Shown here piece by piece: positions 37,169-46,430 of a stretch of 62,719 nucleotides of DNA. Numbering within the stretch: the stretch's first letter is position 1; the number at the start of each line of letters is the position of its first letter. Position numbers and translations under genes: made by a program. Below the pieces are notes generated by a model. It ran no database searches. It was not told the origin of the DNA and saw nothing but the letters and a program-made list of their open reading frames with translations. This DNA is from a virus (Duplodnaviria > Caudoviricetes): positions 1 to 62,719 of IMG/VR virus record IMGVR_UViG_3300024187_000009; one strand, written 5' to 3'.

Positions 37169-37768
37169 ATGAATAGGCACTCACAGAAGGACGAGCAGGA
37201 CTGGATTCTGCGTTCCGTGGCGCACATCCCCAACGGACGCTACCTTGACATTGGCGCATTTGACGGAATCAACTACTCGAATACGTGGGCGCTAACGGAG
37301 CAGCGCGGCTGGTCTGGCATCATGGTTGAGGCTGGCCTGCATGCGTTCCTGAAGTTGCTGGAGAACCATTCAGGCAACGATAAGCTAACTCTGGTTCATG
37401 CTGCCATCGGCGTAGGCAAGAGCGGACTACAACCGTTCTGGGAGAACCACGCCACGTTCAGCACGACCCTTGCATCGAACCGGGATCGGTTCCACTTCGA
37501 GGGGTTCTCTCCGCAGTTCTATACGCCCGTGGTCAGCATGGCATGGCTATTTGAGGCGTTTCCTGGGCCGATAGACGTTTTGAGCATTGACACGGAAGGA
37601 ACGAGCGTTGAGTTGTTCAAGGCGTTCACCGCCATAGGCTACGCCAAGCCGCGCTGTATCTGCGTCGAGCACGACGGGCGCATAGGCGAAGTATTGGAAC
37701 ACGCATCTATGTATGGGTACAGACCGTTGATGCAGAACGAAGAAAATATAGTCCTGGAGGCTCAATGA
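37169..37768 (+). CDS. FkbM-family methyltransferase
   Basis: SQKDEQ; YLDIGAFDGINYSNT; WSGIMVEA; DVLSIDTEG. Confidence 0.9.
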   Translation: MNRHSQKDEQDWILRSVAHIPNGRYLDIGAFDGINYSNTWALTEQRGWSGIMVEAGLHAFLKLLENHSGNDKLTLVHAAIGVGKSGLQPFWENHATFSTTLASNRDRFHFEGFSPQFYTPVVSMAWLFEAFPGPIDVLSIDTEGTSVELFKAFTAIGYAKPRCICVEHDGRIGEVLEHASMYGYRPLMQNEENIVLEAQ

Positions 37769-38358
37769 TAGGTGAAGGTGACGCAAGCGATATCGCGTAT
37801 CACATGCCGTTCCTGGAGGAATGGGCATCGCGCTCTGGGATCATCGTAGAGATCGGCGTAGGAACCGGCACAGGATCAACGCGGGCGTTTACGCGGGGCC
37901 TGCTGCGTTCTACGGTGCCCTACGATAAGGTCCACTTGCTGGTCGATATCGACCCTGAGCGCCCCCATGAGAAACCAGCGCATGAATGGTGGAAGAAGAT
38001 AGACGGCGGCTCAGAAGACCCACGTACGGCAGCGATGGTGGATGAGATTATTCCTGGTCGCACTCCCGACATCATCTTTATCGACACGATCCACAGTCAT
38101 GAGCACATGAGCATGGAGATGCCGATTTGGTCGCGTCTCGCCAGTCCCCGTACGCTGTGGGCGTTTCATGATACCTGGATCTGGGGCGTGTACAACAGGA
38201 TGACAGACGCCATAAAAGAGTGGACAGAATTACATACAGGATGGGAGTATCTAGATCATTCCAGACATGCCCATGGTCTAGGGATATTACGACATAGGGA
38301 GGGTCCATGGATGGACATAGAGCCCCGCGTTGAAGACTGGCCCACTCCGCAAGTTTGA
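37765..38358 (+). CDS. Class I SAM methyltransferase (Methyltransf_24-like O-methyltransferase)
   Basis: VEIGVGTGTGST; DIIFIDTIHS; FHDT. Confidence 0.85.
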   Translation: MIGEGDASDIAYHMPFLEEWASRSGIIVEIGVGTGTGSTRAFTRGLLRSTVPYDKVHLLVDIDPERPHEKPAHEWWKKIDGGSEDPRTAAMVDEIIPGRTPDIIFIDTIHSHEHMSMEMPIWSRLASPRTLWAFHDTWIWGVYNRMTDAIKEWTELHTGWEYLDHSRHAHGLGILRHREGPWMDIEPRVEDWPTPQV

Positions 38359-38363
38359 ATCCC

Positions 38364-38867
38364 ATGCGAGAAATCTCAATTTCTGCTGGTAGGGTTGCCT
38401 TAGTTGACGATGAAGATTACGACTTAGTTAGTGGCTATAAGTGGATCTGGGTATGGTCTAACAAGAAAGATGGAGGCGGATACGCTAGAACGTGGCTGAA
38501 ACTAGGGAGGATCGGAAACAAAAGAGGCGTTAGGAGAAAACGAACCTGCGTGTCCATGCATGAACTTATCGGCAAAGAAAAAGGGCTTGATCATGCTGAC
38601 GGGGACGGCCTAAACAACCAGAAGTACAATCTAAGGAAGGCCACAAGGTCACAGCAAAACATCAATCGTTCCGCCCCGGTCGGAAAAGCCTCCATCCATA
38701 AAGGCGTGACCAGATGGAAGCATCTTTGGAGAGCAAGGATTGTCTTGAACTATAAGCACATCCTGATCGGCTACTTCAAGGATGAAGTGGATGCGGCCAC
38801 TGCCTATAACTTTAAAGCATATGAACTGTTCGGAGAGTTCGCGCGTATGAATACGCCGCAGGTATGA
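38364..38867 (+). CDS. HNH-AP2 homing endonuclease
   Basis: ALVDDEDY; DHADGDGLNNQKYNLR; KGV..W.ARI...IGYFKDEVDAATAYN....FGEFA. Confidence 0.9.
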   Translation: MREISISAGRVALVDDEDYDLVSGYKWIWVWSNKKDGGGYARTWLKLGRIGNKRGVRRKRTCVSMHELIGKEKGLDHADGDGLNNQKYNLRKATRSQQNINRSAPVGKASIHKGVTRWKHLWRARIVLNYKHILIGYFKDEVDAATAYNFKAYELFGEFARMNTPQV

Positions 38868-39454
38868 GCCTTCGTATCAATCTTGGCAGCGGCCAGCGAC
38901 CGTTCAGCAACCTCTGTAGGCACTGCAACCTGCCTGAGCATGTGAACGTACCAGAACTCAAGGAGGCCAATCACGGGCATGAGTTCGAGCGCAACTGGAC
39001 CAATGTGGACATTCAGGAACGCTGGAAGCCTGACGTAGTTGCGGACGGGTCCAATATGCCCATGTTCGCGGACGGCAGCGCCGAGATCATCGTACTCCAT
39101 CACACGCTTGAGCATTATGGCTGCAACGAAGGCACGTCGATGCTGAATGAGTGCTACCGCATTCTGGCGTCAGGCGGCTCTCTGATTGTGTGCGTTCCAG
39201 AACTGCGTCAGCTAGCTAAGATGTGGCTACGCAATGAGATAGATACGCAGTTATACCTGACTAACGTATACGGTGCTTACATTGGAGAGGAAGGGGACCG
39301 CCATCGATGGGGTGGTGATTCTCTCTCTTGGGCTACCTTCCTAATGAGCGTGAAACCGTGGCAAAAAGTTACATCGTTCGACTGGCGGACAATACCTGGA
39401 GCCGACATCGCGCGGGATGATCGCTGGATCTGTGGACTAGAATGCGTGAAATAG
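38864..39454 (+). CDS. Class I SAM methyltransferase with Cys/His insert
   Basis: INLGSG; WTNVD; HTLEH; ECYRILASGG. Confidence 0.85.
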   Translation: MSLRINLGSGQRPFSNLCRHCNLPEHVNVPELKEANHGHEFERNWTNVDIQERWKPDVVADGSNMPMFADGSAEIIVLHHTLEHYGCNEGTSMLNECYRILASGGSLIVCVPELRQLAKMWLRNEIDTQLYLTNVYGAYIGEEGDRHRWGGDSLSWATFLMSVKPWQKVTSFDWRTIPGADIARDDRWICGLECVK

Positions 39455-40215
39455 ATCAAGTCCGCGCCTACTGGGATGCGCGCCCCTGCAACGTGCTGCA
39501 TAGCGATAAACCTGTGGGCAGTTCAGGATGGTCGCATGATGTATCCATACGGAAGTATTTTGTGGAGCGGCACATCCGCGAGTTCGTTGATTTCCCCTCA
39601 TGGAAAAACAAGACCGTGTTAGAGATCGGATGTGGAATCGGTACGGATTCTTGCAGATTCGCTCATGAAATGGCTATCGTTACCGCTGTCGATCTAAGCC
39701 CGGAATCGCTGCGGATCGCCCAAACTAGAGTACGCAACTATATGGTGCCCATCGAGTTCATCGAGGCCGATGCCGAACGCCTTGATGAGCACCTACTCCA
39801 GGAACGCTACGATCTGATCTACTGCTTTGGTGTGCTGCATCATACGCCCAATCCCGAGCGTGCGTTGGCGCAGATGCGCAAGTTCGCCGGACCCGGCACC
39901 ACGCTCAAGGTGATGGTCTACCATCGCTGGTCCTGGAAGGCTCTGCGGATTTGGCTAGGGTTGGACCAGCCCGAGGCGCAGGCGGGTTGCCCCATCGCCC
40001 GCACGTACTCGCGCAAGACCGCGCGCAAGCTGATCAAAGATGCCGGATTCCGGGTGACTGAGATGCAAGTGGATCACATTTTCCCCTACTCTATCCCTGA
40101 GTACATCAGCCACAAGTATAAGAAAGTATGGTACTTCAGATGGATTCCGCGCCCTCTATTCCGACTGCTGGAGCGCACCATCGGCTGGCACCTTCTGATA
40201 ACGGCAACCGTATGA
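39442..40215 (+). CDS. Class I SAM methyltransferase
   Basis: VLEIGCGIGTD; AVDLS; YDLIYCFGVLHHTP. Confidence 0.9.
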   Translation: MREIDQVRAYWDARPCNVLHSDKPVGSSGWSHDVSIRKYFVERHIREFVDFPSWKNKTVLEIGCGIGTDSCRFAHEMAIVTAVDLSPESLRIAQTRVRNYMVPIEFIEADAERLDEHLLQERYDLIYCFGVLHHTPNPERALAQMRKFAGPGTTLKVMVYHRWSWKALRIWLGLDQPEAQAGCPIARTYSRKTARKLIKDAGFRVTEMQVDHIFPYSIPEYISHKYKKVWYFRWIPRPLFRLLERTIGWHLLITATV

Positions 40216-41006
40216 ACCCTATCCTCTGCCTCGCACACAACAACCTCGCGCTGACCAGAAAAGCAATCGCGTCCTTCCTGGTACAAGATGTACCAGTAGA
40301 GGTACTGCTGATCAACAACGCTAGTACTGACGGTACTGCCTCATGGATGGCAACCCTAGATAAGCGCGTGACGCAGGTACACCTGAGGGAGCAGCAGAGC
40401 GTGGCGGCTGCGTGGAACTACGGGCTCCGGTGGTGCTTCAAGGCTGGGGCTGACAAGGTTCTCGTCTGTAACAATGATGTCGAGATCGGGCCGGAAACAT
40501 ACGGGTATCTAAGCGCTGTATGCGACCTTGAGACTCAGCAAAGGATTGCCGATGGCTATGTGAATAGCTTCCAGTTCGTAACCTGCGTGAGCGTCAACAA
40601 GAAGGAACAAAACATCCATCCTGCACTAGGATGGAGCTACCACGTCCGTCCTCATCCAGACTTCAGTTGCTTCATGATTCATCGGTATGTAACTGAAACC
40701 ATTGGGTGGTTCGATGAGGAGTACAAAATAGCCTACGGGGAAGACTGCGACTACCACGTTCGCATGCACCGTGGAGGGATCAATGCGATGTGCTTCGATA
40801 TCCCCTTCCTGCATCATGGAGCGTCCACGGTGAAGCTGGCCGACCCTGAGGAAGTAGAACGTATCTGTGAGCAGGCGGAGCGCAACCGGGAGCGTTTCTA
40901 CGCCAAGTACGGGGTGCGGATCGGGACGCCCGAGTACGATACGCTGTTCACGCCCGAGACGTTCGGTATTGACCTTCCGATTAAACCTGATAAACTCCTT
41001 GTCTAG
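40212..41006 (+). CDS. Glycosyltransferase family 2
   Basis: INNASTDGT; AWNYG; CNND; GWFDE; YGEDCDYHVR. Confidence 0.9.
   Translation: MNPILCLAHNNLALTRKAIASFLVQDVPVEVLLINNASTDGTASWMATLDKRVTQVHLREQQSVAAAWNYGLRWCFKAGADKVLVCNNDVEIGPETYGYLSAVCDLETQQRIADGYVNSFQFVTCVSVNKKEQNIHPALGWSYHVRPHPDFSCFMIHRYVTETIGWFDEEYKIAYGEDCDYHVRMHRGGINAMCFDIPFLHHGASTVKLADPEEVERICEQAERNRERFYAKYGVRIGTPEYDTLFTPETFGIDLPIKPDKLLV
40969..40996 (+). promoter_or_regulatory. Putative promoter TTGACC-N16-TAAACT (TGn extended)
   Basis: Inside the 3' end of the last GT, upstream of the beta-helix/lysis block. Confidence 0.4.
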
Positions 41007-41062
41007 AGGGCTTTGCCCGCCGTAACCTGATCCATTGGGTGAGGTTCCTCCTAAGGAGCCTC

Positions 41063-41347
41063 ATGGTCCATACAACTGCTGACGTAACAATTGCATCTAC
41101 GGGTGTAAATCAGGCTCTCCAGACCACCAGCAAAAACGTCACCTGGGTTTATATTCAGTCGCCTACGGGAAACACAACCTGCCGGGTAGGTGATACCAAT
41201 ATCACAGCCACCCGTGGGTACATCCTGGTAGCCACCAATGCCTTATACCTGCCTCCATGCGGCAACACGGCCAACTACGACCTATCCCAAATCTTCATCA
41301 ACGGAACGGCAACGCAATCGTTCGCGGTAACTTACGGCGTCGTATGA
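41063..41347 (+). CDS. Small beta-sandwich virion-like protein
   Basis: AAGGAG RBS before ATG 41063; RVGDTNITATRGYIL; DLSQIF. Confidence 0.55.
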   Translation: MVHTTADVTIASTGVNQALQTTSKNVTWVYIQSPTGNTTCRVGDTNITATRGYILVATNALYLPPCGNTANYDLSQIFINGTATQSFAVTYGVV

Positions 41348-43413
41348 AGCTAGTTCTCTTCCTGCTGGCGCTGCCGTTATGCGCCGCCAACATCCCAGTC
41401 CATTCTGGAGACGATCTACAAGCCAAAATAAACGGCTCGGCGTGCGGGGACAACCTTATCCTCGACGCTGGAGCGACATGGGATGGCACGTTCCTGCTGC
41501 CGAACCATAGCTGTACGGCTCCGTCCCCTACCACAATCACCAGCAGCGCCGCAGCGATGCTCCCGGCATGCACGGTTCCAACGAGCCACGTCAACCCGTC
41601 AGATGCGTCGAACATGCCTCGCATCAGGACGCTCGGAGGGGGAACCATCGGCGCGGCTATAGAACTAGCTCCGGGCGCTAACTATTGGGTGATCGATGGA
41701 GTGGAGTTGACCGACAACGCCGCCAATACCGCAGTGGTCAATGCCGAGATCGATGGGACGAGCGGGGCTGGCGCGGGCCATCTCACCATCAGGAGAAACT
41801 ACATTCACCAGAAGGAAACCGGAACGAACTGGAATCGCACGATCCAGCGGGATACTTGGTTCGACGGGGACACGCTCCTCAAGGAGTGCAACTATATCTA
41901 CGTTATCGGCTATTACTATCCCACGGCTCCAGGGATCGGGAACAACCACACAACGATGGACACTACGTCCATCCTGTCGATCCAGGGATCGAACATCACT
42001 GAGAGATTTAACTACATCAGCGTGTGGTGGAACGGTGTGTTCTTCGGAGGTGGCGATACAGCCCCGCAGAACTCGGCTACGCTATCGAGCGCATCCACCA
42101 CTTCGGCGGTGTTCTCAAACGTGACCGGAGTTTCAAGCGGAGTAGTGATTCGGTTTGGGGTTCAAGGAACAGCCAGTATCGTAAGCGCGGGCAATCAGGG
42201 ATCGATGACGATCCTTTCTGGACCTACGATGACCAGCGCCGATATTGGGCAGGATGGATTGAGTGCCAGCATAGAGATCGTGGATGCGGCCCCCTCAAGG
42301 CTGCTACAGTGCAAGACCATCTCAGGAAACATTTGCTCTTTCAATTGGGTGCAGTCCTCAACCCATCCTGTCGATGGAACTTACAGCTTTGTTTTGTACC
42401 AGACGGCCATGGTTTCCTCCGTTGTGGGCAGCACGGTAAACTACACACCCAATAGCCATGACAAGCTCCTGCATACTCCACAGGTGGCGGCGTGGAACTT
42501 CGGGACGCAGGGTACGGTGCATGACGTTACGCTTCAAGGGAACACGTTCTATATCGACCCGGCCTTTGCCGCCGATGTGTTTTCGCAGAACGCAAACTGC
42601 CCCAAGGGGAACTTCGAGATCAAAAACGTAGACAATTTTACCGTCTTGGGGAACTACTACCTTGGCTATCCTGCAACCGCAGCCCTGACCCCCGCTAATC
42701 AGAACGGCACGGCTCCATGGACTACTACTCGCAACGTAACTATTCAGAGCAACTGGATAAGCCAAGACTCTGCCCCCTGTAAGCGCTCCGCCCTTCTGTT
42801 TATCGACCACGAAGACCTGCACACGGTCAGCCCGTCTAACAACTTCATCATCACCAACAACTTCTTTGGTGCAAATGTTCAGAATCTTCTAGGCGTAAGG
42901 TCGGCGGCAGGCGATAGCTGGAGCGTGACGCATAACACGGGGATCAATACCGTTGGCGGGTTCGACTACAACGCTGTGGTGAGTTCTCTCGCTCCCACCA
43001 CAAACTGGACGTTCTCTAATAACATCGCCAACTACATGAGCTATGGAATGCAGTGCCAGTTGACGCCGTTTACGCTAGCGACCTGCTACCCCTCTGGCGT
43101 ATTCCAGAACAACGTCATGACAGACACGCAAGCGGTGGGATACGGCACGAATATATGGGGCACGGGTAGCGTCCTGGCCCCAATCCCTACCAATACATCC
43201 CAGATCGGATTTACGGATCTAGCAGGGCAGGTTTACAGTCTTGCTGTCACGTCTCCGTACAAAGGGGCAGGAACGGGCGGAACCGATCCGGGCGTAGATT
43301 GGACAGCGCTATTAGCGGCTCTCGGCGGGAGCGCTCCGACACCTCCAGTAAACATCGGAAGCACTACCATTACTGGTCAGTTCACGGGCTCAGGGGGATT
43401 CGTACTCCAGTGA
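41344..43413 (+). CDS. Secreted right-handed beta-helix (pectin-lyase-like) protein
   Basis: Signal peptide MKLVLFLLALPLCA; GDDLQAKIN...GDNLIL; Asn-rich TIRRNYI/TIQSNW/TFSNN repeats; SPYKGAGT..TDPG C-terminus. Confidence 0.8.
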   Translation: MKLVLFLLALPLCAANIPVHSGDDLQAKINGSACGDNLILDAGATWDGTFLLPNHSCTAPSPTTITSSAAAMLPACTVPTSHVNPSDASNMPRIRTLGGGTIGAAIELAPGANYWVIDGVELTDNAANTAVVNAEIDGTSGAGAGHLTIRRNYIHQKETGTNWNRTIQRDTWFDGDTLLKECNYIYVIGYYYPTAPGIGNNHTTMDTTSILSIQGSNITERFNYISVWWNGVFFGGGDTAPQNSATLSSASTTSAVFSNVTGVSSGVVIRFGVQGTASIVSAGNQGSMTILSGPTMTSADIGQDGLSASIEIVDAAPSRLLQCKTISGNICSFNWVQSSTHPVDGTYSFVLYQTAMVSSVVGSTVNYTPNSHDKLLHTPQVAAWNFGTQGTVHDVTLQGNTFYIDPAFAADVFSQNANCPKGNFEIKNVDNFTVLGNYYLGYPATAALTPANQNGTAPWTTTRNVTIQSNWISQDSAPCKRSALLFIDHEDLHTVSPSNNFIITNNFFGANVQNLLGVRSAAGDSWSVTHNTGINTVGGFDYNAVVSSLAPTTNWTFSNNIANYMSYGMQCQLTPFTLATCYPSGVFQNNVMTDTQAVGYGTNIWGTGSVLAPIPTNTSQIGFTDLAGQVYSLAVTSPYKGAGTGGTDPGVDWTALLAALGGSAPTPPVNIGSTTITGQFTGSGGFVLQ

Positions 43414-43417
43414 TTCG

Positions 43418-43786
43418 ATGGACAATGATTGCGACTGCAAGGCCCTTATTCGCCATGAAAGAGAACTCCGGGAAGCATGGATACGGAGCCATGACGCTTT
43501 GCATTTGGCGGACTCAGAAGCCCTTCGTATCGCACGACTTGAGATCAATAGGCGGCTTGACGAGATGAACAAAATCCGCGAGCAGATATCGAGCGAACGC
43601 GGAGAGTTCGTAAGGCGGGACCTATATGACCGAGAGCATGGCTCACTACGAGAAGCTATGGATGGAAGGATAAAGTCCCTAGAGCAGGCAAAGTCTAACC
43701 TGGATGGCAGGATTTGGGCCGTTGGTGCGCTAGTAACCACAATCACCGTGATTGTGGAACTGACTCTGAGGTTTTTGGTGAAGTAG
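43418..43786 (+). CDS. Coiled-coil protein with C-terminal TM (lysis-module associated)
   Basis: RRLDEMN...IKSLE, then a hydrophobic tail. Confidence 0.6.
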   Translation: MDNDCDCKALIRHERELREAWIRSHDALHLADSEALRIARLEINRRLDEMNKIREQISSERGEFVRRDLYDREHGSLREAMDGRIKSLEQAKSNLDGRIWAVGALVTTITVIVELTLRFLVK

Positions 43787-43848
43787 GCGCGGCAGTAGAA
43801 GAGAAATAGCCTATGGCGTTTAATCTGTTTAACGACGGGAGCGCATAA

Positions 43849-44283
43849 ATGATGCAAGCCGTAGCCGACGTGATGCCGGTATCGACCGAGCTGCCGGGAC
43901 TCATCACTACTTCGGCAATCACGGTGGCCCTGATTCAGTGGGTCAAGAATACGAAATGGATTCCATTCGTGAATCAGCATTCATCCACGGTAAACCGGAT
44001 CGTGGGATGGTGTGCTGCGTTCGTTACGGCAGCAGGGCTGCATTACACTTGGGATGCTGGTACTGGCACCCTAACGCTCACCAACCTGCACCTCATTAAT
44101 ATCCTGCACGCGGCGGGAGACACAACTAAGTCGTATGCGTTTCAGTGGCTTATCTACAAGGGAATCGTACAGACTCCGGCTAGGGATGTTGCCGCCGTGA
44201 CCGAAGGAGTTCCCGCTAGGGTAGTGGTACCTGCCGGTGCGGTGGTAGCCGCTAGCGAGCAAGGACCAAAGAGTGGGCAATAA
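43849..44283 (+). CDS. Putative holin
   Basis: 2-3 hydrophobic segments; lysis-module position. Confidence 0.5.
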   Translation: MMQAVADVMPVSTELPGLITTSAITVALIQWVKNTKWIPFVNQHSSTVNRIVGWCAAFVTAAGLHYTWDAGTGTLTLTNLHLINILHAAGDTTKSYAFQWLIYKGIVQTPARDVAAVTEGVPARVVVPAGAVVAASEQGPKSGQ

Positions 44284-44340
44284 ACCAGTGGACCTCCACA
44301 TGCACTACCTCCGCAGGTACCTGATAAATAAGGAGGGACC

Positions 44341-44547
44341 ATGTTTCCTGCACCGCTGATCGGCATTTTGGTTGCTTTGGTGATCGTGGGTATTTTGCTT
44401 TGGGCGCTGGGGCAGTTTCCGATTGACCCGACCATCTCCAAATTTATTCGCGTTATTGTCATCGTCGTGGTGGCAATATGGTGTTTGTACTTGCTGGTGG
44501 GATTGCTGGGCGGAGGCTCCCCTGGTCCGTACTTCTACAGACGGTAA
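44341..44547 (+). CDS. Small two-TM membrane protein
   Basis: ILVALVIVGILLWA....PID...IRVIVIVVVAIW; AAGGAGG RBS. Confidence 0.7.
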   Translation: MFPAPLIGILVALVIVGILLWALGQFPIDPTISKFIRVIVIVVVAIWCLYLLVGLLGGGSPGPYFYRR

Positions 44548-44550
44548 AGA

Positions 44551-44904
44551 ATGAGCTTTCGCACAGACCGAATGAATAATCCGGCTGCTATAACTACCGA
44601 CATGGCGAAGCAGGGCGGTCTAGTGCTCGGGACGGATTATGAACAGGGAGATCCGTTTTCTGTTCCTGGAAGTACTGGACCAGTGACTTACTATACCGCC
44701 AAGCTGTTAGGCGATCCCATCCAACTCACGATTCGCGTAATTGACAATGTCGGCTATTACACGCTTCGCGGGGGCCAGCGCTGGACCTATATTGCGATGC
44801 CTAAGTTCGTCTGGGAATCGCTCGATCCGCCTACAAAAAAGAAGGTTATCGGCTTCCACTATCAACACGAGGGAGGCGTAGACATGAAAGGATTGTTCGC
44901 ATGA
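44551..44904 (+). CDS. Hypothetical protein, candidate lysozyme-like endolysin
   Basis: R..RMNNP N-terminal motif and C-terminal HEGG; located among membrane/lysis genes. Confidence 0.4.
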   Translation: MSFRTDRMNNPAAITTDMAKQGGLVLGTDYEQGDPFSVPGSTGPVTYYTAKLLGDPIQLTIRVIDNVGYYTLRGGQRWTYIAMPKFVWESLDPPTKKKVIGFHYQHEGGVDMKGLFA

Positions 44905-45218
44905 ACCCGCAAGTACGTGACATCGTGCAGAATGTGCTGACGACTGCCTGCGCCCCGCATACGCGCACAGACGGAGGCTATTTCGGGCAGACGCCGCCTG
45001 ATACCACCGCGCAGTTTAATACGCGCCTGGAGGACAACCTAGCGTCGTTCAAGTACAACTCCTGGCAGTTGGATGCGCTCGATAAAATCATCGCCATCCA
45101 GGCCGGTAACACGGCCTACAAGAACACCTATGGCGGGTGGCTTGATAAGCCGCTCTCTGGCGATGCTCCGCCTGAAGTGGTGGCGTGGTACAACAACGCT
45201 AAGGCGAGCGGCGTATGA
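44901..45218 (+). CDS. Hypothetical protein
   Basis: 105 aa; coupled on both sides. Confidence 0.5.
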   Translation: MNPQVRDIVQNVLTTACAPHTRTDGGYFGQTPPDTTAQFNTRLEDNLASFKYNSWQLDALDKIIAIQAGNTAYKNTYGGWLDKPLSGDAPPEVVAWYNNAKASGV

Positions 45219-45637
45219 GACTCTATGCGCTTGTGGCTGTACTCGCGCTGGCTGGCTGCGGTAACCCTCCTTCAGCGTCTACTCCTCAACCAGTCAACTC
45301 GCCGCAATCGACGGTAGCTATCACCACCAAGACCATAGCGGATACGGATCAGGCCGGAGTCAGAACGATTATCGCATTGCGCGATCAGGGTAAGCTATCG
45401 CAGGCTAACACCACCACCATAGAGAACTGGTTGGGCTTCGTTGCTACCACCGATAAAAGCATTGGGGTGATCCTAGCCAAGTCCGAGCCATGGGCGCAGC
45501 AGAAAGCCGAGATCCTGACGCTGCTGGGAACCGTAACCGCCCCCACTCTTGCGACCACGATTGACCCTGCGGCGCAGGCAGTAGTGGCACAGATTATGAC
45601 GCTGGTGAACCAAATCAAAACACAGGTGGCACCCTAA
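45215..45637 (+). CDS. Lipoprotein
   Basis: Lipobox LAGC at residue 15; helical body. Confidence 0.75.
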   Translation: MRLYALVAVLALAGCGNPPSASTPQPVNSPQSTVAITTKTIADTDQAGVRTIIALRDQGKLSQANTTTIENWLGFVATTDKSIGVILAKSEPWAQQKAEILTLLGTVTAPTLATTIDPAAQAVVAQIMTLVNQIKTQVAP

Positions 45638-45846
45638 TGGTATGGTTAACGCTTCTCCTTCAGCTTGAGCCGATGGTTCCCGGCCTTATTGCCGACTTCA
45701 AGGCGCTCTTTGCCAAGCATCCCGCACTGGCTGATCCAGCAGCGCAGGCCGCTTTCATCGCGGCGCTCGGGCAGGCGGCAGTTAGTACCGACGATGCCAC
45801 GCTTGCCATGATCGCGGCAGACCAGGCAGCGCATCCACCCAAATGA
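45637..45846 (+). CDS. Small Ala-rich helical protein
   Basis: TAATG-coupled to the lipoprotein gene. Confidence 0.5.
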   Translation: MVWLTLLLQLEPMVPGLIADFKALFAKHPALADPAAQAAFIAALGQAAVSTDDATLAMIAADQAAHPPK

Positions 45847-45943
45847 GACACAAGCCATCGATGTATGTGCGCTCCCTATCAGCCTTCACGCGAGGGCCGC
45901 GCTGGTATGAACGCCTGATCCGGCAACTACTGAGGGCGCAAGC

Positions 45944-46417
45944 ATGAACCGCCTTGCTTGGGCGTTCCTCGCCGCCTGCCTAGTACTGGGCGCAGCGCAG
46001 ACCATCCAACTGTCGCAGATTGTCAGCCAGAACTACCAGGGCGTTATGGTGGCCGTTCCTGGCAGGGGCTGGCAGCAGGCGACGCTAGATCCCTCTCTGA
46101 CCATCATCCTCAGCAGTCCCCCTATGTTGCGCGCGAGCGGCGTAGCAGGCCCTCCTGGACCGCAGGGGCCTCCTGGCCCAGCCGGACCAGCGGGACCGCA
46201 GGGCGTACAGGGAGTACAGGGCATCCAGGGTCCACAGGGGCCTGCGGGTCCAGCGGCGCCAGTATTGCCTATCACTGTAACCGCCGATGGCGGCATAGCC
46301 GTAAAGAGCGTGACCACGGGAACGCCAGGACAGCCTAGCAAGGTGGTGCTGGTAAAGCCGGATGGTACTGGCTGTACTTTGGTGGTGGGTTCCACGGGAT
46401 CAGTAACTTGTCAGTGA
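45944..46417 (+). CDS. Secreted collagen-like protein
   Basis: Signal peptide; about 13 Gly-X-Y triplets ([13 protein letters not shown]...). Confidence 0.8.
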   Translation: MNRLAWAFLAACLVLGAAQTIQLSQIVSQNYQGVMVAVPGRGWQQATLDPSLTIILSSPPMLRASGVAGPPGPQGPPGPAGPAGPQGVQGVQGIQGPQGPAGPAAPVLPITVTADGGIAVKSVTTGTPGQPSKVVLVKPDGTGCTLVVGSTGSVTCQ

Positions 46418-46430
46418 GGGAGCAAACTCA

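Noticed and set aside
31094-41006. DNA hypermodification or restriction-modification locus
   Set aside because: No DPPY/NPPY or PCQ motifs, and no hydroxymethylase, TET/JBP, kinase or polymerase recognised to create an acceptor base. Not fully excluded without nucleoside analysis.
31094-41006. Host LPS/EPS contamination or chimera
   Set aside because: The genes are interleaved with phage-type HNH and small zinc-finger ORFs, translationally coupled, and lack transport and sugar-synthesis genes.
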